Source: the human T2T-CHM13v2.0 reference genome, Homo sapiens
NCBI RefSeq assembly: GCF_009914755.1
Contig: NC_060947.1
DNA: 64,000 nucleotides
Strand: one strand, 5' to 3'
Shown: piece after piece, positions 52,301 through 64,000 of the stretch
Numbering within the stretch: the stretch's first letter is position 1
How the letters are laid out: each line of letters begins with the position of its first letter
Position numbers and translations under genes: made by a program
Notes under the pieces: generated by a model
The model's database searches: none
What the model was told of the DNA's origin: nothing
Seen by the model: the letters and a program-made list of their open reading frames with translations, nothing else

Positions 52301-55300
52301 CCCCTGCCTCTCCTTTTGCTTTATATTCAAGAGAGGAGCAGTCCCACCTTGATGCTTCTCATCTAAGTTATATCAGTACAGGTGACAGAGGTCAGGGGTG
52401 GTGGGGGTGAGGATTTCACCCTCTGCTGCTTTCAGGATTGGGTACTTTCCAGAAGCAAAGCTGTATAACGGGGATGCTATATTGAAATAATAAATGTGAG
52501 TATTATTGATTCTTCTACCATAAATGTTTTGCCTTGCAACAGCCCTGATGGCCCCAGAGGATATCCCCTTGAGGAAAAGGGTAACATTATACCGGAGAAT
52601 TAAGTCTCTGGCAATTAGACAAAAGAGGTAAAACACAATGCTTCCCCCCTCCCCGGAAGTGAGACAGAAAGAGGGTGGAATACATGGAGAGAGAGAGGGA
52701 GGCAGAGACAGAGACAGAGACAGAGATTGAAATTATTTAGCTATATGTGACCTGAAACAATCTTGTGAAAAATCCTACAGGTGGAGGCATTAGATGGATG
52801 AGAAAGCCAGATATAGAGGGGGCCATGTGCTGTCCACACTGGGGCCGTTCTGACTGTTATAAGAGGAAAGATTTGTTGCAGTCTGTGCGAAGACACGTCA
52901 ATCAGAGTGGATTTGGAGAGACTGGACCCACGTCTGCACTCCTGAACTTTCCTCAGCTCCCATTTGCTTTAGAAGAGATTGAGAATGTCTCACCAGCCTG
53001 ATGGAAGGGTCCAGAAGGCAGCTGAATGTTTTCTGGCAAGCACTCCATGGCCACCCTAATCAGGGTGAGGAGATCTTGGAGCGCCTCGTTCTACAAAATG
53101 AGGTGTGCACATGCAGAGATGGCAAGAAGAGCCATTGAGGCATGGGAAGGAAACATTAGCAAGTCTATGCATATTCATTTTTATTACTTTCTTTTAAAAG
53201 TCTAATTTTGGTGTGTGTGTTTTATACTGAGAATTCCATATTTATACAGCGTTTCCAGTACATAATTTGTAAATTTACAAAGATACATATATTGCAGGTG
53301 TGGGCTCAACATCTTTTATTACTGTTGGTGTATTTGTTTTTCGGTGCTGCTGTGACAAATTACCACAAACTCCGTTACTGAATACAACAGAAATGTATTC
53401 TCTCACAGTTCTGGGGGCTAGAAATCTGAAAGCAAGGTATTGGCAGGACCATGCTACCTCTGAATCCTCCAGGGGAGGATCCTTCCTTGTCTCTTCCAGC
53501 TTCTGGTGCTTATGGCAATCTTCGTGTTCCTTGGCTTGTAGACACCTCACTCCAATCTCTGCCTTCATGTTCACACGGTGTTCTCCTCCTCGTGTGTCTG
53601 TGTCTCCGTGTATTCTCTACTCTTTTTTATGAGGGCATCAGTCATATTGGATTGCGGGTCCACCCCAATCGGGTATGCCTTCCTCTTAACGAATTACATC
53701 TGTGAAGACACTGTCTCCAAATAAGGTCACCTTGTGAGGTTCAGGGTGGACATGTATTTTGGGGGGGGGACATCATTCAATCCAGTACAATGTCTGATGA
53801 AAAATGATCAGAGACCATTGCCACAGCAAATGTGCACTGAGCACCCACATTGAAGTCTCAACTCTGAGTTGCAACCAAATCTCATATGGATCCACAATAT
53901 TTGAAAGAGGAAAAAAAAGGTTCACTAAGAAAGGAACACACAGGTTGTATACACGTATCAGCAGAATCCAGAGCATAGCACTCAAACTGGGGACCTCCCC
54001 CCGACCGCCGCTGCAAAGCCTCTCTACTATCGCTTATGTCACACCCCTTCCTCCAATCCCCAGACATGATTTTATAAAAGGAGACGGAGGTGTCCATAGA
54101 TCTTAGAATTGACTCAATGATTGCTTGAAAGAGAGTAGCCAGACTGGAAGAGGCTGAAGAATGTTTAATTCATTGGAGAAATGTAACTGGTCACCCCTGC
54201 TCACCTGTAGTAACCATTGGATTGTGTACTCAGAAAGTAGGATTATTTATGGAAAGCAAACAAGTTTCTTTGTATTTCCACAACAACCTATACCGTATGC
54301 TGTATTAAATTTTGAGCTCCTGTTAGCAAGATAGTTTGTATCCATGTGGCTCCCTTTCAATTTATGGTGTCCATATCCCTCTAGTGGTTTAGAACTTCAC
54401 CTAAAAACGGACGTATCTCATATTAGCATTTTGGACCAGCCCGCAGATAATGGAAGGCAATGCCATCTAATGTTTAAAAGCAAAGTGTGTATTTTGGACT
54501 TGGAGAGACCAGTTTCAGATCCTACTTCTGCCGCTTAACAGGAGTCTCACATGGCAATGTGTAAGCTACCTAACTTCTCTGATTCCCAGTTTACTCATCT
54601 GGAAAAAGGAGGACTATGATTCCTGTCGCTTAGGGTTGTGGTGAGGCTGAGATGAATGATATGACTATATACCCAGGACAAAATAGGTGCTCAATATATA
54701 TATAAGCTATGGATAAGATTCACATTCTTGCTCCATTCTGGAATCTGCCCCCAGGATCAGGGGAGGGTTCTGTATCACCTCCAGAGCAACCTAGCACAGC
54801 GTTTTCCAGCTGTGCTACCACAGAATGTAGCCCTGGCTTTAGGATCATTTTACGCACCATCCCTGAGCTTCAGTGCTTTTTGTCATTAAAAATAACTTGG
54901 TATCCTTCGCTTAAAGATGAGTGATGTAATATTCTGCTGTCAGCTGATATTTTTGTGTGAGTACCTCGCCCACTTGAAAATATTTACAGTCATTACCCTT
55001 GACGTCCTTTCCAGTAGATGATCAAAAAGATTCATTCACCCACACACTTCATATTTTGACTGTTTGATATGCACAAGGTACTGTCCTAGGCTTTAGGGGC
55101 ACATCAGTGAAGAAAGTGTGCTAACAGGCAGAATTCTGATCCCGTGAAGCTTACATTGTAGCAAAATAATGGTGAATGGATAGAACCATGGACCGACTTG
55201 CTGGCCACAGACTTTGCTGTATTTTTCAGAGAAACCAGACAGGATAGACAATCTTTTCCTATCTTGGTAGGAACGTGACCAACTCCATTGAACTTGCTTA

Positions 55301-55557
55301 TCTATTGTTGTATTTGGCAGTGATAAGTATCATATTTGCTTAGCCACCCCTTGCGCTTTACAAAGCAGTTGCACACACTGTACCTCATTTAATCTTCCTA
55401 GCCATGCTGTTGGCAGGCATCACACAGCCAAGAGATAGGGAGGAAGCCATATCTTCTGATTCCAAATCCCATCCGTGTTTCTCAGGGCATAACTAGTAAA
55501 GGCAGCTCCAACCCAATGAGGCCTGAGAAAATGGATGATCATAAAGCACGGTGTGCA

Positions 55558-55602
<45 letters not shown>

Positions 55603-57034
55603 AAAAAGAGTGTGTGTGTGCGCGGGCACACACCGCATGGTCCTGTGCCTGTTTTGGTCACAGAAGGAGAGTTTTTCAAAGAATGAAGAACAATTGCCTC
55701 AGTGCAATCTATGGTGCTTCCACAGCCCGGGGATTAGTACCATTATGTGCTGGCCTGCTGGTTAAATCCACCACTCGCAGGATGAATGGGCCAGGTCCTC
55801 CCTTCTCAAGCACCACAGTGTCTGATATGCCCAAGGCTTACTTATGCTCACTGTGCACAGATCTCCCTGGCAGCAAGGTCCACACTCTTGATGACATGGG
55901 AAAGGAAAAGATACTCATTTTCTATCCCTATCCTCATTTCGAGTTGAGCACCCTCTATAGTCTGCCAGGGCTGGGGTGGGAATAAGGGGCTGATATGGAG
56001 AAGCAGCATGCCACAACCAGTCCAAACTTGCTTCTCTGATTTAGGTCAGGGACATGGCAGCCCCTGAGACTGCTCCCACTGGTGGTGTCCAAAGGCCATG
56101 AACATGGCTTGTGGGTGGTGATTCCTTACTGCAACAGTAGGGTGCAGTACGCAGTAGGGTACGGAAGAAGGGGAAGGCTACTGCTGCCCACAGGTTCTTT
56201 GCAGGGTAAATACAGTGCATTTCTCTAGTTCCCCCCTTGCTTGCCCATCTCCACTTTGCTGCCACTTGCACTCATCGGACTATTTTCAGCATACATGTGA
56301 AAACACGAATGCTGATGGGAACAGACGGTGGGGCTGCTGTGAGGGAAACCCTAGCATAAAGGTCTAATTGGGTCCTGCTCTAAGCCCAGCACCTTCCACT
56401 CTCCTGGCATGCCCACTTCTGACAATTTTCTTGACACTGATCATTCAGAGGCACTTTTCAAAATCTACCTCCTAGACTTAGTCTCACACAACCTCATCAC
56501 ACATCCACACATTGCTTGCCAGGACTGGAGAGACACAAGTGTTCTGATTAGGAGCCTGTCTGGGGAATGCTGGGCACTATGGTTTTCCTGGCCCTTGGAC
56601 CACAAGGTCCATGTGGGCGTCCTCCTCCCAACCTCCAAAATTCTGTACCCTGCCCTGTCGGAGTCTACTGAGAAAGGGCAGAGGGCTTTGGGGTTGTTAA
56701 CCACATGATGATGAGAGGGAGAGGCCATTTCTCCTCTGCTTCAGCAGAGTCCTGGGTTGAGTCCTGTGGATGGCCAGAGTCTGGTGTTGACATTCTTCAG
56801 GAGTTTTCAGTCTACGTATTTGTGAATTACAGGTTCCAAGCCTCATATGAAAGCTTGGCATGCCATGGACTGAGGTTTGCTAGGGCAAGCAGTCTTATTT
56901 TCCAGAGCTGGAAGGAGGAAGGGGTTGCTGGGAGACTCGTTGTGAGTCCTGAGGAAAACTTTGTGTGAGGGCAGCACTGGATCACAGGGCAGGATTCCCT
57001 TGGCCTCCCTCCTCATTTCTCTCCTTGCTCCCAG

Positions 57035-60006
57035 ATATGTGGCCACTGCCTTGCATGCTAATCTTCTATTCCCTGTTATGGTATGTAGGTTGTTTGTGTT
57101 CCTTCATCCGCCTTGCACATGAGCGTTTTGTCTTCTCTTGAGCTGGGATTCCTGAGACCACTGGTTGAGCAGAACAACAGATACATCTGCTTTCCTCCTG
57201 CAGCTACATTCTAAGATAGCCATGTCAGGGGGCAGGGAGGCCTCACTGCAGGAAGAGGGAGCAGTGAAAAGAAAGAGCTGAGAAGCAGGGGCCATGACTC
57301 TGGACTTTGGAGCTATTCGGGCTGGGGTCAAGGACTGAGTTCTTCTGTGCCCAAGACTCACGGGAGGTTGTGGGTGCCGCCCACTCACTGTAACTGCTCC
57401 TCAGGGCTGGGGACCATGTTGCCCCCTTCCAAGATTCTTTCAGTAGTCTGTGTGTGTAGTGGGGGACAAGACACAGAGAAGGAAACAGAGAGAGAGAGAG
57501 AGAGAGAAACTAAACTGTGCATATACGTGATGTTGGAAGCTACCAGGTCAGTGGACTGAGATTCCATCTCTTATCAGAAACCTCCTTGAACTTTGGTTTT
57601 GTAACCTGTAAAATGGGGCCAATTTGACATGCTTCCTATGTGAATTTAAGTAATATGTGTGAATCTTCAGCCATACTGCCTGCAAACCTGTGTTGTACAC
57701 GGTGATTTGTTTGCAGATGAACTTGATTGGAAGGAAGGTGGTGAGGAGCTTGCCTTCCTGAGAGGGACAGTGTGGGTTTGGCAGAGCGGCTTCAGAGTCC
57801 ATGATTGGATACGGGGTGAGGACGGGGCCATTCCATGTACCTCCACGCAGAATGCAGCTCAGCTCGGGCACCTGGGTCCTGGCAGCTTTGTGAGCTGATC
57901 AGGGGTAATGTCAACATCACAAGGGTGGAGGCTACAGTGAGGCTCTCTCAGGGGGCTGCCTGTAGTGTGCAGATTGCCCTTGTTAGTGACTTGTATCGCC
58001 CTTTGGGCACTCCCAGACACAACTACTGTGGGAATCTCATCAACGTCGTGTTGATGTCAACAGTGTGAGCTCTGAGTCAAACTCACAGTAGTGTGAGCTC
58101 TGAGTCAAGGTAATTGTTTGCATCAGCGTACAGAAAACTGGTATAAATATTTGCAAACATATGGTGTGTAGAGAAGTATATATATGTATATATAGTTATT
58201 ATAATAATTATCATTATTATAATATTCCTGACTATGCATTGAAGGTGTACATATAAATGTTAGCACAGGTAAACTCTGATTCTTGGGATTAGGCTTAATA
58301 TTTTCCAGCCACCTTATTCTTCTAGGGCTTGCAGAAATGTGTGCAATGATCAAGCTCCTTTCCTGCAATCACAGAATACAAAACACTACAAAATAAGTTC
58401 CATCCTTTCTTGATCGTCAAGGCCCAACGGAAGTCATGCACACTGTGATATATGCTTTTTGAACTCCTGTGCTGCTTCAGGGGCTCACAGCTCTCATGAC
58501 AGGCAGCAGTTGAACCTTTTGCATTTCTTCTACTCTTTAGTTGCAATTTCTTGTTGTTGAAGCTCCTTCATGATAAGAACCATATTTTGTAATAACTCCC
58601 TTGCAACAGTAACCACCGAGTCAATGAATGTGATGGGTCAGGTGCTGCTGAGCCAGAGCATCACTGACGAAAGCAGTCCATGGACTCTTGCCGCTTCGCA
58701 AAAGTTTGTTACCTCTCTGCGGTAAGTACAGCATTTGAGAGTATAAGTTTAGGAAGTTTTATAGCGTAAGAATATATGTTTAGGAAGTTTTATAGCATGC
58801 AGTGAGAGTCATTTGGATGTTGAAATAATCAGGGCTTGTATTTTGTATGTCTTTGCTATATTTTTCTTCTTTCTAGTCGTTCGTTCACTTTCCTTGTGTT
58901 ACAGGAATGTATTGATCCATGAGTGACTGATGTACAAAAAAATTAAATGCTTCTCCTTTATAACAGAGAGCTCAAGAAGCAACAGTTTGGAGCTTCGTGA
59001 AGTTCAGCTGATGTATTTTCTGCAGCATGTATATAAAGCAGGAGTCATTATTCATGTATTTGGAGATGTAAACGGAAGGTGGCCCAAGGGAGATAACTTT
59101 GACCAGGTCCCCAAGCTATTGATCAAGTAGACACTCTGGCTTCAGGACCAGCATACTTCCCCACAACATGCATAGTTTACATCAATGGCTACTTACCAGG
59201 ATTTCCAAAGTGCAGATAATCCAACCGTGGTGGGGCTTTTCACTTCCCCACATCATGTGGGCCAGTGATGCCTTCAGAGCAGTTCAGCAGCCTTTATGGA
59301 AGTCACTGCATCAGGGCTCTGAAGCATCTTGGTGGAGCTCGTCTCTGAAAAGAGGGAGACACATTCAAGCATGTTATCTAAAGCAGTGTATGAAGAGAAA
59401 ACAGAGTCAAAAGATACTAAATGTCCATCTGGAGGGAGGTGGGTACGCAAAGTCCTTGATTGCTGTTTCTGGGTCATCAGGGCTATTGGAGTGGGCAGAA
59501 GATAGGTGTGTGTGCCTTAGAGAAGCTCATTTATAAAATAATCTGCCCTCCCAATTTAAGACTTGGATGGCCCCAGTGGCCATTCTCTTCTCTGTTCCTT
59601 TCTTCTCGTGGTCTCTGGCCTCATTCTCACTGGCTCAGAACAGCAAAATGTTTATTCCTTTCCCAGGATGGGCCTGGACCCTGTACCCTGAGACCCAACC
59701 CTGCAAAAGCCATATCTGGACCCAGGCTTACCCTGCAGAAGGGGCTCCACACACCATAAAGCTTATTTCTTTGGGGGTCTCATTTGATAGGATCATTCCT
59801 TAGCAAGTTTGGCCAAAAGCAGGAAGAGGACAGAATGAAGTAGGGTCTCTCTCCCTCTCTCTCTCTCTCTGTCTCTCTCTCTCTCTTTCTCTCTCTCTCA
59901 CACACACACACAAACACACACACACACACAGACAAACACACACACATACACACACACACAGAGAGAGAGAGGTCTAATGAGAACAGATCACATGCACATT
60001 CATGTG

Positions 60007-60048
<42 letters not shown>

Positions 60049-63000
60049 ATCAATCTAGATGATAATCGTCCACAAGGCTCAGTGGGCTCAGTGGCCCTTA
60101 CTTCTCTGACTTGGTGAGAAAGCAGGCCTTCGGGTAGTAAGGGTGTTTAAAAAGTCAGTGGAAGGGCAGTTCTGTAGTTCTGGAGTGTCTGTTCCACTTG
60201 GAGCTGAGCCAGCCTTCAGAGGAGAGGTCTGTTTTAAGCAAGACAAGGTCACAGAGAGGCCCTGCCACTCAGCCTCAGACTCAGAATCGAGCTCATGCAC
60301 ACTGAAGTAGCAGTGGCACACAGGAAACTGAGGCAGGTGCCCAGACATAGAGACTGTGGCTTCCGTGTGGTCATCAGAAGCTTCTGTGGTTCAGTGGGCA
60401 GGCTTGTTACCAGTGTAAGAGGATGCAAGAGTAATCCCACACTCTGACTTGCCAGCAGATGTGAGCTTTATAAGCCTACCTGGAGAGGCAGGCTGTCTCT
60501 CAAAGCTTTACTCTTCCAATTGTTTGCTAAGTGAACTTGGCCAGTCCAGCTGACCTCCTTGAGCGGCAGACCTCTCACAGGTAGCATGGTATTATGACAC
60601 AACCCACCTAACGGGTTGTTTGGAGTGTTAAATGTTAGTAAAGTGCCCACAAGTGTGCCTCATGCATAGTAGATACTCAACAGACATGCAGAATCAACAA
60701 ATAGGCAGGTGCCTAACCTCAGCTAGAAGAGTTCAGGAGGGCCAGAATGCCTAGCTGACATCTACCCACTCCAGTAGCTCCCTATTTTGCAACTCCTCCT
60801 GCATGCTCCAGCTCTCCCCTTGATACAAGTTCCCGGCGCCCTCCTGCCTACTCAAAGCTGCTGCTCCAAGGATGCTCTCTGCCACCCCTGTGCTATTGAT
60901 TTCATGTCTCTCCACCGGGTGCTTGCCTTCAGCACAATGGTATTTCTTCCACCTGAAGTAAACCTTTTCCTGACTCCCTCTTTCCCCACCAGATGCCGCC
61001 TGATTTCTCTGCTCCCCATTGCTGCAAAACTCCTTGTGAAACTTGTCCATACTCATTGATTCCTCTCCTCCCATTCTCTCTTAAAGCTGTCCCAAGCAGG
61101 CTTTTTCACACAGTCCCCCAAAGAAGCTGCTCTTATTAAGGTCACCAGGAACCTCCGCACTGCTAAATGCAATGGTTAATTCTCACTCCTCTTCTTATTT
61201 CCCCTGACATCAGCAGTTTGAGCAGAGTGGACCGCTGGATGCCTCTTGAGACACTTTTATTCACATAGTTCCCAGGACACTCTTGGTTTTCCTCCATGCG
61301 TCACTGGTGCCAATTTCCCCATCTCCTCAGCTGGTGTCTCCTCTTCTTTCTGATCCCTTTATGCTGCAGGGCTCTGTTCGTGACCTTCTGCCCTCCTCTG
61401 TGTGCTCTCCCTCCCTAGCGGAGCTCATGTAGTCTCGTGGCTTTTAAGCGCCATCCACATATATGTAGGTATAGATCTTTCAGCCAAATTCCTGACTTGT
61501 ATATACAACTGCCTACTTGACTCACATGGATGTCAGAGAGACAGCTTAACTCAATGTGTACAAAACTGAATTTTTGAACCCCTCCCCACCTACAAAGCCT
61601 ATTCTCACTGCAGCACTCCCCAGTAGACTGGAATTGATACCAATCCCAGTCTACTTGTTGCTCAGGCAAAAAAAAACCCTGGAGTCAGCCTTGGTCCTCG
61701 CTGACATGCCACATTCAAACCATCAGGAATTCTGTTGGGTCTACCTCAAAATGTTTCCAGAACCTGTGCAGTTCTCACCATGTCTACAGACACCAGGATG
61801 GTCCAAACCACCATTATCTCTAGCCTGGCTTGCAGCAGTAGCTTCCTACCTGGTTTCCACGCTCCCACTACCCTCGCCTGAATTCACTCTATTCTCGGCA
61901 TAGTAAGTAATCAAAGTGATCCCTTCCAAACGTGTGTCAGATCACATGACTCCTCTGTTCCACCCCTCACTGCTTCCCTCCTTCTTCCCCCCACATTTCA
62001 CCCCAAGCAAGAGCTAAGGTCCTTAAAACGGCCTCCCAGGCCCTACATAATGTGGGATTCTGTTAATCTCTCTGACCTCATCTCCTGCTCTCGTCCTTTT
62101 GGCTCACTCTACAGCAACCACGCTGGCCTCTCTGCCATTTCTCAAACGTGGTAGTCACTCCCTGGCCTTAGAGCGTTTGCACCAGCTGGACCTTCTGCCC
62201 GGACAGTACTTTCTTTATATATCCGCAAGGCAAACCCTCTCACCTTCTTCATTTCTTTCCTCCAATGTCACCCCTCCAATGAAGCCTACCTGTGTACCCT
62301 TGCATATGGCAGTGAATGCTCTACTCCCTTTCTCTTCTCCCATTCTCAACGACCCGAATGCACCCTACCCTGCTGTGTGTTAGCTTACCACCACCACCAC
62401 CACCACCTGCCCCACCCAAAGTGATTGTCTCCTTCTACCCTTCTATATAATTAGTAATGTAAAAGGTTTGCATTTTATTTTCTGTTTCCTTGCTCTTGTA
62501 TGTACCATTCACGAGGGCCAGGGTGCTTGAGATTTGTTCACCTATGAATCCCAGTTGACTAGACTGGCACGTAGTAGACCTTAATAAGCACTCGTTGAAA
62601 GAGTGAATGGATGAATCATTGGATAATCACAACATGCAAAATAATATAGGCTACATTATTATTGAGACTACACAGGCCTCCGTGGTCCAAGTTACAGGAG
62701 GAATCTCAACCACTTCTCATGCGTTGCACATCTGGAGATAACATTGGCAACACTGGTGTCATTTGCCACAGGAACTGGGGCGGAAGTCGACCAGTCAAGA
62801 ACTGGGCCTGATTTTCACTATCTGTGTATAGACTCTGCCTTCCCCTCCAAATCACCCTTGTGAGCTTTGCAAGCCTGTTGCATGATGAGCAGTGCAAGCC
62901 TAGAGCCCACTTCTCCTCCAGTCTCTGAGCCCCAGATTACTCCAGTTATTCTTCTATGTAGTCTTGGCTGAGCTGAGCCCCTCCTTTGACAAAGTGCCCT

Positions 63001-64000
63001 CACAGGGATTTTCAAAGAAATTCCATCTGCTCTTTGACATTTAACTGTTCCATGGCTCACGAGCCCTGGAGGAATCTGTGTACAGGTCTCAGCACATCTT
63101 CGTAAGAATCACCCTTCTCCACCTCCACCACGACTCCAAAATAATTTCCTCCAGAAGGCCAGAATTCTACCTTTCTGCCAAAGAAAAGAGTCGGGGGGAT
63201 CCTGCCCGCTACCCACCTCACAGGAGCCAACGTGAGCCCAGGCCGAATCCAAATCTCCCTTTGGTCATGGCCATTGTCTGCTCTGCACTTGCCTGCTGGG
63301 GCCAAGGCCGCAACACTGGGCCCAAGGAGGATGCCCTGGAACCTGTCTTTTTTTCATGGGCAGATGCCCACTGTTTGCTGTCTGTCAGCATCTTATCCCG
63401 GTTGCTCTGCTCAAGGGAAGAGGTCTGCCAGTATCTTCTGCATTGGCAACAGTATCGGAGCAATGTCACAGGCTCAGAAACATTGTTGTTTGCTTGGTCC
63501 ACCGTGGGAAAGCCAGGACCTAGGATTTTGAGGACTGATGGAGGGTGCTGGGTAGTTAAGTTTCTGGGGAATGTGTCGTGATGGGGAAGTCCACTTGTCT
63601 TGGAAGGAAATGCTCACTCCACACATATGATCCCTCAAAGATGCCTGGCAATAGGGCCCCAGCCCTTCCAAATAAAGGGACAGACTGCCACAGCTAATCC
63701 TGAAAGTGCAGATTAATTTTATTTTCCCACACCTCCTCACCTGACCCCGGCATGTTCCCTGTCACTCCTACCCTGCCATGTGTCCAAGTTTGAAAACAGA
63801 AGACTTTCCCAGCCCCAGCTGTCCTGGAGATGGAGTCTTTCCCTGTAGCATAGCAGCATGGGCTTCAGACTTGGCAGGCCCTGGGTCCACCTGCAAGGCT
63901 GCCAGTGACCAGCCAGCTGATCCTGGCAACTTGCTTGTGAGATCTGAGTTGGGGTTTTCTCCTCTGTAAACTCGGCCTGGCCTGGTGGCATCTCCCTTGC
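57035..64000 (+). pseudogene. Putative decayed multi-MAM-domain gene, right copy (runs off the window)
   Basis: Candidate exons at 57035-57080, 57717-58109, 58541-58721, 58967-59505, ~60180-60420 and ~62730-63630; mirror of the left copy. Confidence 0.5.

Overview
Primate, almost certainly human, Xp11.21 sequence. It opens with the 3' end of MAGEH1 (+). The dominant structure is a large palindrome. The left arm (3533 or earlier to 27303) and right arm (40226 to beyond 64000) are near-perfect reverse complements of at least 23.7 kb each; I found only one substitution and one 4-bp microsatellite difference. They enclose a 12.9-kb spacer that carries the single-copy deubiquitinase gene USP51 (intronless 711-codon CDS, +). 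The arms hold no intact protein-coding gene. Their outer parts do carry a chain of splice-bounded, frameshifted segments that repeatedly spell MAM-domain motifs behind a signal-peptide-like exon. I interpret this, by eye and unverified, as a decayed multi-MAM-domain gene present in both arms. The inner arm boundary is explained by a 1,900-bp deletion through an MLT2 LTR, which stranded a 170-bp, about 98% identical relic of the older, longer arm inside the spacer. The rest is ordinary Alu, L1, L2, LTR and DNA-transposon sequence. All calls were made by eye without alignment tools.
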